From Torpedo marmorata (Eukaryota): a stretch of DNA of 64,000 bases. Shown piece after piece: positions 37,293 through 49,657 of the stretch. Position 1 is the first letter of the stretch, and each line of letters opens with the position of its first letter. The position numbers and the translations under genes are program-made. The stretch lies in the NCBI GenBank assembly GCA_977017645.1, contig OZ360243.1, positions 65,224,001 to 65,288,000 of the forward strand. The letters are read 5' to 3'. The notes under the pieces were generated by a model. That model saw only the letters and a list, made by a program, of their open reading frames with translations, did no database searches and was not told the origin of the DNA.

Positions 37293-40200
37293 GCCAAACA
37301 GAACCACATCCATAACATAGAACGGGAAGCAAATAATCTGAGAGCTTTATTTTTATAGTGCTGGTGGTCGGGGGGAGAGTTGTTAGCTAAATAATAAATT
37401 TTAAGTGCAATTATCAGAGTTGATTAAAGAGATTTCTACCAATATGAGTCTCAAAGTTATTTCTGCAACCCTAGTCAAAGTAGATTGTTTCAGTGCAATT
37501 TTATCCCTCAAATCTGACTCTCCACCACCACCCTAATTACCCTTTTCCTCTAGATGTTCCTAAGACCCTTTGTTTTTCTTTATTTTTTGGTTCATCAGGT
37601 GGTCTTTGGGCAAAGTTTTAGCGTTATTTATGGTAGTTGGTACTTCCCAATGCTCTTTAAAACGGTTCTTTAGTTAATTTATTCACTAGCGCCACATGGA
37701 CCTAAAATTACAATGAAAACGTGCTTTAACTCACTTTTTAGGCAAATATTTGCAATTTACTGGAAAAGCAATTACATTAAGCTGAGTGCAGTCTTTAACT
37801 TGCAGGTCAGAATATCTTGCTAAGGCTATTTGCAAAATTTGTTAATGGTCGATTTTTATTGGAGGGCCAATAGATATCCGAACAAGTCATTTACATAGAC
37901 TGAGAGAGTCAGAAAATAATTCCCAATTTTATATCTAGTTATTCATTAATCAGTTAATGCCCCAGCGCACTGGGTGCGCAAATAGATTAATAAATAACGT
38001 CAAAAATGACTACATACACACAGAAAAATTAAAACAATGGATAATTACAGTTTTCAATAAAAAAAATGCAAGTCAACAAAATGGCACGGACACTGCAAAA
38101 AATATATATTAAACGTCGAGATACAAAAGTGTCAACTGTACTACGCTGGCTATTGCCATTGACAGCAGCAGAAAAATGTGCATGGCCCATGGTAATAATG
38201 GTTACTCAGCACTGCTGACAGTTGACATCTTTTTTGACAAGAATATGCCATACACTGGACAATGTCCTGGCCTACATAAAGTTGCACACCTATTAAAATG
38301 TCGAATGCACATATCCCCAGTTCACTACAGCTTGATCGGTCAACTTCCAAATGGTGCAATTTACAGTCACGAAGTATTTTTTCGCGATCCCCTGAAAAAA
38401 CAGAAGGGGAACGGTCAATGCATTTGTATATGTATTCTTTGTCAGTCCGAGGGACACTCAGACACATTAAAAGGGACTTTGTGCATTAGATTTTTTAATA
38501 AACATTCCCCCCCACCCCAAAAAAAAAGAGGGCGAGAGTTATCCTGATCCGTCTTGACTGATTTTAAATTCCAGGTAATGTTTCTACTCACATAAAACTC
38601 CGCTCCTGCCCCTGAGTCTAATTGGGGCTAAATCATACCTTCAATCGAACTAGCCAGAGCATTCCCTGCTGTTAGACATGCTCATCGTTAAACTGAAAAT
38701 AACGTGAGTTCATTCTGGAATTAAATGCCGTTTTAAGGGATAATATGGAGGTGAGTATTTGTTTTCACTAAAGGGGGGGGGGGGGGTTAGCGGGTGAAAT
38801 CGACACGTCCCGTTCTCTCAGTTGCAAACCCTTGCATTTTCAGTGGCGCGTGTACGCGGTGACGACCACAGTTTTTAATAAATAAAAAAGTTAGTTGGTA
38901 TCATCAATACGACTGAACATTACATCCTAATCATTTTCATTTCAGCATTGCCGTCATTAACTTCTAAGTCACTCTATATTTGCTTCTTTTTAACGTTCCT
39001 TTTTGTCCTATTTCTTTGCTAGCCTGGCCGTTCCTGAGTGAACCTTTGTACAGCATGTAAAGAAGTGTTGAATCAGTACATTAAAATGCATCCGCACCCT
39101 AACCACAAGCTCTAACCGTTTTTCCAAGTGTTGTCGCATGACATGTTCTCGATAGAAAATAATATAATTGAGGGCAAGGCCCTCTTAATCAATTTGCGTT
39201 CCCACTCTTTTGCCTTTAAGTGTTTGTATATCCCGTTTTGTTTGTAAAAATAGTGAAATATTTATGATAAAACGTTCCCTTTGGTTTGACTTCTCCAAAC
39301 CGCAAAAACTTACTTATGCATTTAAAAGTTTCAGAGTTGAAAAAAATACATCACACTGCGCGTCAAATGTGACCTATTTTAAAACATTTTTTTCCTACCC
39401 TGTATCAACTTACGCCTAGTCTGCTGCCGTGCACAACTTTACAAAAACAGCTTTGTAAAAATCTAGCTGATGCGAGTCATTTTCAATAAATTAGCCTTGG
39501 GAGTTGGTCTGCAGCACAAATAGCTATTAATCTCCCATAATCCCACCAAGGTACATTATATAATCATGGGCGAGTATTTTGCAAACGCCACTCATCCAAA
39601 TGTTTGATGCAATATTATAACATAGGCTTTATTTAAATATTACATTTCAAAATCGTTAACTATTATCGCGGCAATTCAAGAGTACTGCTCGGTGGAAAAG
39701 CTTGGGTTATTTTATAGAATATTCCGTGCTTTCTTTGCCGGTTGCCTCTAAAAATGATATATTTAATGATTTATTTATTTGTTAATGAATGTTTATATTT
39801 GTTTTAACTATCACTGCCTGAGTGTGGCGTTCATTAATGTTGGTTGACGTTAAGTAACATCGGGCTGGCATATTTTGCTGGGTCACTTTGTCACAGCAGT
39901 TAATGTTTTATTTGTAGAAGTCTGCGGGTTCCCTTCACCCCACCTCTCTGTCCATTGCTCTGTAGTGTTCCATTACCGCATCCGGAATCTATTAAAGTTC
40001 CCGGCGCTGGATAAACAATGTAGCTGTCGCGTGCATCGGTCTGAAAATTATTGGATTTAACTAAAACATCGAGACCCGGGGATAATAAAAATGGCCAGTC
40101 TTGTGTGTCTCAGTCCTATCTATCTGCAGTTCCACGGTGAGGCAGGCAGCCCCCGAAATCTGGTCGCTGGATCTGCTTTCTCACCGCGAAACCTCCCGAG

Positions 40201-41066
40201 ATTAAAGCGACTCCAAATCCAATAACAAAAGCGATTACGAATCACACGTACAAAATCACACTTTGCGAGGAGAGCGTTTAATGGGAAAAACACTGCGGTT
40301 TCCCCCCACGTTAGGAGACTTCGAGTTGGAGCCTCGCGTCTGGTGTATTATCACAGTTGATAACAAGCTGTGAATTACAGTACCTGAGCCACTCAATGAG
40401 GAAATGGGGGGAGTGGTTTGATATTAACGCAGAGATTATTTCCAGTGTTGGTTTTGGAAGTCTATGTCAACACCGGTAGATAATAGAGATTCGCATTAAT
40501 TTGATATTATTGTGTTCAGTTACACTAGTTTAGTTTGAAATGTTTACATTTACTAGTTTCTTTTTGGTAACAGTTTGTCGATGTTTTTGGACTTCTACTC
40601 TATTTCAAGGCTTGTATTTTACCAGCATTGTTGCTAATAGTGATATAATTCCAGGGTACATGTCTCAACTGGAGTTTACCAATCATCTGCTAAAATTAAC
40701 TCTTGCTGGAGAGTGTTTGAATTTAGATTGGAAAATAATTGTCCATGGGCAAATCAAAGTAACTGGCTTGGATGCTCAAATTGCCTGCTATATATTCTGC
40801 ATATATTTGATCCACGCAAGATTGCTTAATGATTTAGTGTAAATCTTTCCGAAATATTAAGTTTTGTTTGCGTTTGTGCAGAGGTGCGTGCTTGTTTATT
40901 CAAATATTATCCTGCACAACCCTGAATAAATTTTGCATCTCTTGAGGACCAGCGAGCAGGAATTCCAGAAAGCCACCTTGATTTAACAGTGGTTCCAAGT
41001 ATTTCCACGAGCAATGCCACACATAGTGCGGGATGCCTGGTTGACTATGCAAGAAGCCATGCTTAC

Positions 41067-41594
41067 CTGTGCTAGATCGTGCTTTTGGTTTTGCTTTGGA
41101 GTGGAAGCTTGGGGGAGATCCTCCGAGCAGGCTGCCAGATGGAAAGAGGCTGGAGCTGTATTCAGGGACGTAAGGTGGGTAAGAGGTCAGAGGGTGATGG
41201 GCTGCAGTTGAGCACCCTCCTAATGCCATGCTGCTTCTAGGGTGGGAGGATCCCGTCTCCAACTTCATGCCCTCAGCCAGGGACACCTGGTACTTGATGC
41301 ACTCCTTGTCCTCCTGCCGGCTGGAGCTGGTGGAGATGGTGGGGTCTGGGGAGACATCCTTGGGAGGGGTAGGGGGGAAGGTGAAGAGATGAGGGCTGGA
41401 GTGTCCCGCTGAGAGGGATGCAGACGAGGACGGAGGGTAAACGGAAAGAGCTCCCGGGGAGCTGTGATGGAGCGGGGCTTTGCTGAATGCACTCAGATTC
41501 CAAGGAGAAGCATTGTGATGAGTTGCAAGGGCTTTTCCTCCATCAAGCCAGGACAGGGAGCTATGAAGCAGAGGAGGACGACAAACCTGACCCC
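41067..41594 (-). CDS. GATA3: GATA3 second coding exon
   Basis: Acceptor ttccag|GG. Translates [10 protein letters not shown]...[17 protein letters not shown]...KPKARSST. Donor G|gtaagc. 528 nt, phase 1-1. Confidence 0.97.
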
Positions 41595-42738
41595 CTGGAA
41601 CGTCAAAATAAAAGCATGTATCAGTATAAATCAATGCATTGTTACAGCAATCCTACTGAAACTTATCTTCAAATCTATTTGTTATAGATGGTAACATTTC
41701 AATCTCACATTTTTCTTTAAAGCTCGATACTCACGCAAAGCGACATTATTAGTTACTTTAAAATTACCCTCTGTTGATAGCGTTATTTTAATTCTTTAAT
41801 TCTGTGCATTCTTTCTTATAACATGCCAGATTTTCACCGATAATCTGAAATGTTTTGTTTTCTTCCTTCCAGAGAATAGTAAGCGTTTTATATATTCATT
41901 TCCCCCCCGCTTATAGTCTTTCCGCAGTCGATATAATGTTTTGCACTCACGACAACGGCTCTAAAAGAGACCTCCCTTTAGACAGACATTTTAACAAACC
42001 TTTCTTAATTAAAAAAATACTGTGTACATTTGTCGGCAAAACGGCAAAGAGAAATAAATTAGTCCACAAATGATATCTTCAATTTATGAACTACAGTATC
42101 TGGCATTCTCCACCACCCGCTGAACCTGTCAACGACGACGACTGGAAATGACAGTTTTTAAACGCGATGAACAGGTCACAAATGAACGCCCACGCGGCTA
42201 ATGGCCAGAAAAAAATATTTCAACATTTTGTACTCCGAGTCCAGCCAAACGCTTGAAATGTCAAACTCTGCAGCGGGATACACAAATGTAATAAATCCCT
42301 ATTGGATTGGAAAACCCCGTCCAATTGCCGTCATAATTTAGTGCCTTTATTTTTTTTTTTTAATAGTTTCAAGACCCAGAGAAAAGCACCCCCTTCTATT
42401 ACATCCGGGAAGTGCTCGCAGGGGGTAAAAAAGGCACGAGTGCTCCCTTTATTTTTGTGTAGATTGTGAACAACATGTCAATTTCAGGTTTATCAAAAAA
42501 GAAATTTTGTTCCTTCGTATCTTGGGGTCCACAAGACCAAGTAGATGTTCCGTAGAAATAAACTTTCTTCCTCTCCCCCCACCCCCCCCCCAAACTCTCC
42601 AGTAAACATGTATTTTTTTCCCGCAAATTAAAAAAAAACGTTTCACTGTGTACGTTTGGGAAATCTTGAAACGTGCGCGGATTTATGTTGAAATAACCCT
42701 CTGGATGGGCAGTTGGAAGGAAGCGAGCGAGCCCTTAC

Positions 42739-42973
42739 CGTGGTGAGGAGTGGGGTATCTCTGCACGGCTGCTCTGACCGAGTTCCCATAGTAAGAGGCA
42801 ACGTGGTTGGCTTGGCCGTCGATGTTGAAGAGTACATCCACTTCTTCGGACGGGAGATACGGCGCCGAGTCCACATAACCATGGCCAAGACCGGGGTGGT
42901 GAGAATCGGGATGCTGTCCATTTAACACGGCGGGATGGTGATGACTCATCCAGCGAGGCTGGTCGACTTCCAT
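42739..42973 (-). CDS. GATA3: GATA3 first coding exon (N-terminal transactivation region)
   Basis: ATG at 42973-42971. Translates MEVDQPRW...[12 protein letters not shown]...QRYPTPHH-G. Donor G|gtaagg at 42738. Confidence 0.97.
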
Positions 42974-43108
42974 CGCGATCAATTCTGAATGTGTTCTTTT
43001 TTAATATAGAAAGCTGTATGATATATATGTGTTAACAAGCCCAATATCTGATCTCTTTAGATTAAAGAATCCACAACAATGATCCTTGCCGTCTCTTCCT
43101 TCATACAC
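42974..43108 (-). other. GATA3: 5' UTR part of the first coding exon
   Basis: Good pyrimidine tract and acceptor tttctctcctctgttgtgcag|G, with the AG at 43110-43109. Confidence 0.6.
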
Positions 43109-43517
43109 CTGCACAACAGAGGAGAGAAATGAAATAATTAGAGGCAATGAACCCCTGGCCTTTAAATATAGACACAAAATCGGGGAGTGAGGAAGCAAAT
43201 CTATTTAAAACGAAAGTAAGGCACAGTGTCTTGGAGCGCTGCATGAGAATTTCATGCTTAATTTAAATAAAGATTTAAAAATGCTCTTCCATGACTTCAG
43301 CAGGAATCGAATTCCCAATTCTCTCGTCCACAAAAAAAATAAAGAATAATTCTAAATCGGAACTGTCTTCGCAATAATTGCCGTTCTGTTCCAATTGCAT
43401 CTTCTACTGTGCCTTGAAATAAAACAAATACTCTTATAAAACAGTTCTGCTTTAGAAGGAAGCTTTGGGATGAAATGAAGTTGTTATTATTATTTTGCAG
43501 AAGAATGCAAGACAAAC

Positions 43518-43651
43518 CTTGTTGCTGGCTGAGAGGGTTTTATCAGCGGCGCACACTGGCTACGGCTGCAGAGCTGACTGATCAGATTGTGTTTATGTCC
43601 CAGGGTTTTTTTTACAGTGAAGGCATTCTCTCTGAACTGGCGGATGGCGCC
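43518..43651 (-). other. GATA3: Non-coding proximal first exon (exon 1b equivalent)
   Basis: Begins GGCGCC...TTCAGAGAGAATGCCTTCACTGTAAAAAAA, resembling the recalled 5' end of human GATA3 mRNA. Candidate donor AAG|gtttgt at 43517. Confidence 0.6.
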
Positions 43652-44010
43652 AGTCGGCTCACACAACGGCGGGTCGCAACTTAAAAAACAACCCCCTCCC
43701 TCGCGGCCAATCGGAGACCTCCTCTCCTCCCGGCCACCCCCATGCTCTACCCGCGTACCTGCCCCTCTCATTGGTCCAGCCGCCCCCACAGCCCGTCCCG
43801 CCCTTGGCCTGCCTGCCTATTGGCTGCGTCTGGCGCCGGGGGGAGCCACTCCATTGGCTGGTTGTTCGGTACCGTTGTTGGAACGAGGAGGAGCCAGCAG
43901 AGAAATAATCAGAGGAAGTCTCTCCTCCTACATTAGTCATGACTGATTGAAGTTGGGAGAGTCAGCATCTGACTATTGGCTGCCAGTTAACGTCAATCAC
44001 ATCTCTTCCG
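43652..44010 (-). promoter_or_regulatory. GATA3 proximal promoter (GC/CpG-rich, multiple CCAAT boxes)
   Basis: CCAAT/ATTGG at 43707, 43770, 43819, 43853 and 43975. GC boxes (ccgccc) near 43780 and 43798. Lies directly upstream of the inferred exon 1. Confidence 0.75.
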
Positions 44011-44871
44011 CGATGAAAGTTTTCAAAATAATTTTTAAAATCATACATTTTCAGTAAAACATCGTTATTTATATAATGTTGCATCCAAACTTGGAATTGT
44101 CTTGTACTTAAACTCGCGCATACACCTGCATAGAGGCGAAAAGTCAGGTTAAAACAAATGCACCACTGGGTAATTAAACAACGGTGGGAATTGTGAAAAG
44201 GGGATACATTTTAAACATAAAAGTGAATTAAAATCCTGAAAGCGCCCTTGGCGTTGAGGTCGTGGAACCAGATTCTGTTAAACGTGCCCCAAGTTTTGCT
44301 TTTGGAAGATAATTTCACCAATATGGATTCAAAGCAAGGGAAAAGTTGCAACAGGTGATTTCCCCCTCTCTCCCTCCCTCTTCTCTGGGTGCATTGGCGA
44401 CAGGTAGGCACGGTGCCTGCGCCCGGGCATCCTTCCACTCCAATGCTTCGCAATAGGAGGGCCGCGGGCTGGTATTTAGCGACTTAATTCCCCGTTTGGC
44501 GGGTTCTGGCCAACAGATTGACAGTATGTAATTGGGGAAGGGGAGGTTGCTCTTTTGATGCTATGCATTTTACTGAAATGCCCAGCCATACCGACGCCAC
44601 TTGGCGTGACGTCATTAGCTGAATAAACAGGCAGGAAATGAGTGGAGCACAATGAGAGAGAGAGAGAGAGAAAACATATAGAAAATTCCATTCTTAAAAG
44701 ACTGATATTCAACCAGAATTAACACGCGAGGGAGAAAAACTACTTTTTTTTATCCATGTCATGTAGTGGTGAGAAAAGAAGTGTTGGAGTTTCAAAAAGG
44801 TTTTTTTCCACTTCTGAACTTTTGTCTGCCAACAATCTTGCGTTCGCTTTCGCTACTGCACAAAACATTTA

Positions 44872-45042
44872 AAGTAAAACACGAAAGTCTGCAGACACCG
44901 TGGTTGAAGTAAAAACACAATGCTGGAGAAACTCAACTTTGATGAAGGACTCGAGCCTGGAACGTTGGTTGTGCATCTTTATCTTTACTATATAAAGTAC
45001 ACTGTTTGACCTGATGAGTTTCTCCAGCATTGTTTTATTTTT
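44872..45042. mobile_element. Short Penelope-derived fold-back element
   Basis: gtaaaacacgaaagtctgcagacacc...aatgctggagaaactca / tgagtttctccagcatt inverted ends. Confidence 0.8.
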
Positions 45043-45442
45043 ACAAAACATTTGATGCTGGTTGGATTCACTCTGATCAGACAACACACGGAGAAAGGGC
45101 ATTCCTGTATTTCAAATCTCTACTTCAAAATCATATAATAATGTATTCGATTTGAGACGAGGTCTCGAGTGCTCTTGATGTTAGTCACCCGAGGCATGCA
45201 TGGGTTCGTTCAGCCGGACTTGCGAAGTGTCTTTTCTTTAATGTATATTTTAATCAATTTTATCGCTCAGCGCGCACACGCACACACTATCAGCATTGTA
45301 TACCGTTCAACGTAACTTTTCCCCTTCCCCCAAAATGACAAATTTGAGTTCGAATGCTTCATTTGTTAAATTGGCGATTGATTCCAATCCGATAAGTTTG
45401 TAAATAGCTCTGAGGCTATCCATGCGGTTAAATGAAAGAAGT

Positions 45443-45592
45443 CAAACACGAAAGTCTGTAGACACCGTGGTTGAAGTAAAAACCTAAAGTTGGAGAGACT
45501 CGGCAGGTCAAACAGTGTACGTTATGTGGCAAAGATAAAGATACATAACCAACGTTTCGGGCTTGAGCCCTTCATCAAGGTATGAACAAAAT
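45443..45592. mobile_element. Short Penelope-derived element (single arm)
   Basis: Same sequence family as 44872 and 46684. Confidence 0.8.
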
Positions 45593-46683
45593 GCAGTTAA
45601 ATCCCCGGTAACATTAAGAGGCGGTGTAAGAATGCTACACGCGTGTTACATGTGTGTGCTGTTTCTCAAATTAACATCCTTAATCAAGAACATGGGAGAA
45701 CAGCGTCCTTTATCAACGACACGAAAGACCATTTCCCGAGATAGTTTCCCATCAAACCCCCAACAACATGGTACACTATTGGCCCCATCTGACCTACCCT
45801 TCTCTTCAGACGAACAAGCTATTTTATAAACTTTCTTTCTCAAGGGATGAGAGATAATAAAACCAAAAGCCTCGTGAATGGACGGACGGATGGGATTTTA
45901 AAACAGAGAAAATTAAGCGATGTTAGCACAGAATGTAAATCTGTCCCACTTTACATGAACCGGTTTAACAGGATTGTAAATCGGGTTTCGCCCGGGTCCA
46001 ATATTAAAGATCATTGAAACTTCGTTCTTGCTCAATTGATTGATTCACAACCGATGAACAATTCGACTGTAAGTCAATAAGCTAGCGGCCCGTCTCATCT
46101 CAAAATGTCACGTGGAATCTAAACAAAGCCTCGACAATCCAAATAGTGTAATGGTCGACAAATAGTTGTCTAGTATCTACAATGGACGAATAATGATACA
46201 GGGACAATCAGGACTATAATTACAATCTATGGACCATAATTTATTGAGACAGGCCACACACAGTGGCGAAGGACGGGAGGGAATGGATATGGTACATTGC
46301 GGATTGATGGGATGATGTGTGAAAGTTGGGAACCTCCGCTGAACGCGTCACCTCCAGCACTAAGGGACGCGGAGTATGTGAAGAAAATCTCTTCTCATTC
46401 GTGTGTGTGTGTTGTACCTTAAGGGTCACTTGTGATGCCACATGGAACGCACTGATTGACAGGGCCCTGCTAATAGGCACAATTGTTTCAACAACTAGCT
46501 CCCCCCAAAAAAAAATCCCTAATAGCGAATTTGAAAAGTGTATACGGCGCTCCACCATAATATATGTCGACTTCCCCCCAAAAGTAAACTTTATTCCCAA
46601 TAAAAATATATATACACAAAAGAAAACAGTATTTCTAGATTCTTGGTGACATATCGTCTTTTAGTCTGTACATTTCTTACATT

Positions 46684-47010
46684 GGTAAAACACGAAAATC
46701 TGTAGACACCGTGGATGAAGTAAAAAACACAAATGCTGGAGAACTCAGCAGGTCAAACAGTGTATTTTATGTAGCAAAGGTAGAAATACATAACCGACGT
46801 TTCGGGCTTGAGCCCTTCATCAAAGTATGAGAAAATGCCGGCAGGCGTCCGAACAAAGGAGTGAGGGGGGAAGGGGGGTGGGAAAGGCAGGCATTTTCTG
46901 ATACTTTGATGAAGGGCTCAAGCCTGAAACGTCGGTTATGTATTTCTACCTTTGCTACATAAAAGACACTGTTTGACCTGCTGAGTTTCTCCAGCATTTG
47001 TGTTTTTTAC
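46684..47010. mobile_element. Penelope-derived element with about 120-bp near-perfect inverted arms
   Basis: About 46720-46838 is the reverse complement of about 46890-47010, with a G-rich spacer. Confidence 0.88.
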
Positions 47011-48244
47011 ATTTCTTACATTGTCGTGTTGGCCAATTATCATTCTTTGTCGCTCCATTGCTTCCTGGGGGAAGATATCCCCTCCGTTATTTCAAGGGCT
47101 TCCCCTCCATTCTCAGCCCCCTGATTCTCTGTAGCGGAAGGGACCTTCTATGTGGATTCTCTCTTTCCAGTTGTGAGATCAAACAATTGTGAGAGGGGAT
47201 GGGAGTTGGAGGGGAGATATATAAAAATGCCTGGGGAATATTATCCATTGATCCGCATCGATTTCCTCCGAAAGATACCAATACATTCGCTGCTCTGATC
47301 TGCCAGCACAGTGGCGATAGACCACGTGTAAAAGGACAGATCCCAAGTAGCATGCAATTACTCTTTAATTAATCGGGTTACAGTTGTTCCACGTTGATCT
47401 CATGCCTGTCTCTCTTCTACGTGTTATATTTGGTTTAAACCACCGCTCCCCTGCGCAGGTAAAGCTGTATAAATAGACCTTAGCTCAGGCAGGGGGTTAA
47501 GCTGAGGACAGGCAGCCTGGAGGCGGACAGCCCCCTTAACGTTTATAGAAAATAATGAAAAAAAAACCTGAAATATAACAACTATCTTGCAGTTTGCGTG
47601 CGGACGGGGACTGGGAGATAATTAGTGGGCAGGGTATTTCAGGCAGGAAATACTTTAAACAGTATGTTACCGGCCTAAAGTAGCCATTTCCCTCCTTCTT
47701 ACTGAAAAACAAAAATAGTCTTTTATAAATCCTTGAAGAAAGCGGATTTTAAAAAGTGCGATAAATCCCACTTTAACTCGTCTATTAAAAGACGGAGCTT
47801 TTTTTTATTTATAAATAAATCGGTATAATGCGAAGATTTCTAGATTTACGAAAGCAGAACCGATATTTCACAAGAGAACTTTTCGGATAAAAGAGATCAG
47901 ACATCTGTAGCATAAGGCAGGCCGGTTATTTATTATCCCAGCCTCCCTCCCTGAGAACAATCTTATTTAAAGTGCTAATTCGATTCTTATCAGATTTATT
48001 ACTTACAGAACAGCTAAAGGTGTTAGAGCGCTGATATATTTATAGTTAAATAGTGACACGTAGAGGAGGAATGGGTTTTCTTCAGAAAATTGATAACTCT
48101 GAAGTTTAGTCGAAATATGAAAAAACGAACAGTGTGAAATGAATAATCAGCGATTGTGTAATGTAAAAAATATTAAAGAGTAACTAACACTGTCCCTCCG
48201 TGTGCTAATTTACTCGCTTAGAATGCGGGGTGGTTATTCGGCTG

Positions 48245-48432
48245 GTGTGTGTGTGTGTGCGCGCGTGTGCATTCAGTGTGTGTATGTGTGTGTACGTGTG
48301 CATTCAGTGTGTGTGTGCGTGTGCATTCAGTGTGTGTGTGCATTTAGTGTGTGTGGGTGCAGTTAGTGTGTGTGCGTGCGTGTGCATTCAATGTGTGTGT
48401 GTGCGTGTGCATTCAGTGTGTGTGTGCATTTA
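48245..48432. repeat. (TG)n/TGCATTCAG compound satellite running into an assembly gap
   Basis: Seen directly. Confidence 0.95.
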
Positions 48433-49531
48433 NNNNNNNNNNNNNNNNNNNNNNNNNNNNNNNNNNNNNNNNNNNNNNNNNNNNNNNNNNNNNNNNNNNN
48501 NNNNNNNNNNNNNNNNNNNNNNNNNNNNNNNNNNNNNNNNNNNNNNNNNNNNNNNNNNNNNNNNNNNNNNNNNNNNCAGTGTGNNNNNNNNNNNNNNNNN
48601 NNNNNNNNNNNNNNNNNNNNNNNNNNNNNNNNNNNNNNNNNNNNNNNNNNNNNNNNNNNNNNNNNNNNNNNNNNNNNNNNNNNNNNNNNNNNNNNNNNNN
48701 NNNNNNNNNNNNNNNNNNNNNNNNNNNNNNNNNNNNNNNNNNNNNNNNNNNNNNNNNNNNNACACGCTAAGCAGTGCTAGTCAATTTCAGGTCCAAGTTC
48801 CTCTGAGTTTCACTCTGTAATCAACTTTACGATTGTCTGAACCAAAACGACCACGAGTTAAGACGGCTCTTTCATTCATTTACTGCGGTTTTCCGCGAGT
48901 GTTTTCTGTCAATGGTTCTCCTTTTCGTTTGTTACTGGATATATTTACGCTGCCAGAAAAAAAAGTAAATAAATCTTCAGTTCTCCAACGTATCCAGTTG
49001 AAATTTGGACTGAGCCGCGCGCGGTTAGAGGAATAATTTTGATATTCCTCTGATCGGAGCGTCCAGACCTTCAGGATAAGGGGTAGGGCCGTTTGGTCCG
49101 AGACGTGGAGACATTTCTTGAAAATTCCCTCCATCCCCGAGGGCCATGGATGCTTGTTCTGGAGTGCATCCAAAACCTACTGTTGATCGTTTAATTTGGA
49201 CGGTCCTTGGATCAGTGGAGGTACAGACCGGGTGGGGAGGGGTGTTATGAAAGGCTAGTGCATGTACAATGGGCAAGATTCCCGGCCCCGTGTCTTCATC
49301 GCTGATTGGACCGCTGTACGTTATAAATTACTAGATTTACTTCCATCTACACTGTGCCCTGTCTGTTGAAATCCCATCCTCGAAGCTCGACGAGAGATTG
49401 AGAATGAATGCAAGAAAATATGCGTAAATTCGACGACAACCCCAGTAACTCTACGTCTGATTAGAACTCCCAGTCAGGTTCTAACTTCAGTATTCTGGCG
49501 TTTCAGGCCGACGAGAGACAAGCTTGCAAAA

Positions 49532-49657
49532 TGGGCTCAAGCCCGAAACATTGGTTATGTATCTTTGCTACATAAAGTACACTGTTTGTCCTGCTGAGTT
49601 TCTCCCGCATTGTGTTTTTACTTCAACCACGGTGTCGGCAAACTTTCGTGTTTTACC
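49532..49657. mobile_element. Short Penelope-derived element, truncated
   Basis: gggctcaagcccgaaacattggttatgt...aaactttcgtgttttacc. Confidence 0.8.

Noticed and set aside
40900-41634. 244-aa ORF as a stand-alone gene
   Set aside because: It is the second GATA3 coding exon with read-through into both flanking introns.
42974-42982. Upstream TTG start giving MIAMEV...
   Set aside because: An artefact of the ORF caller allowing alternative starts. The ATG at 42973 has good context (GCGATGG) and matches orthologues.
47440-47560. Plus-strand TATA (tataaata) as an antisense lncRNA promoter
   Set aside because: A single motif with no supporting splice or expression evidence.
48230-48820. Cys/Val-rich and His/Thr-rich ORFs (also 16964-17224, 57056-57393, 59086-59813)
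   Set aside because: These are translations of microsatellites and N gaps.
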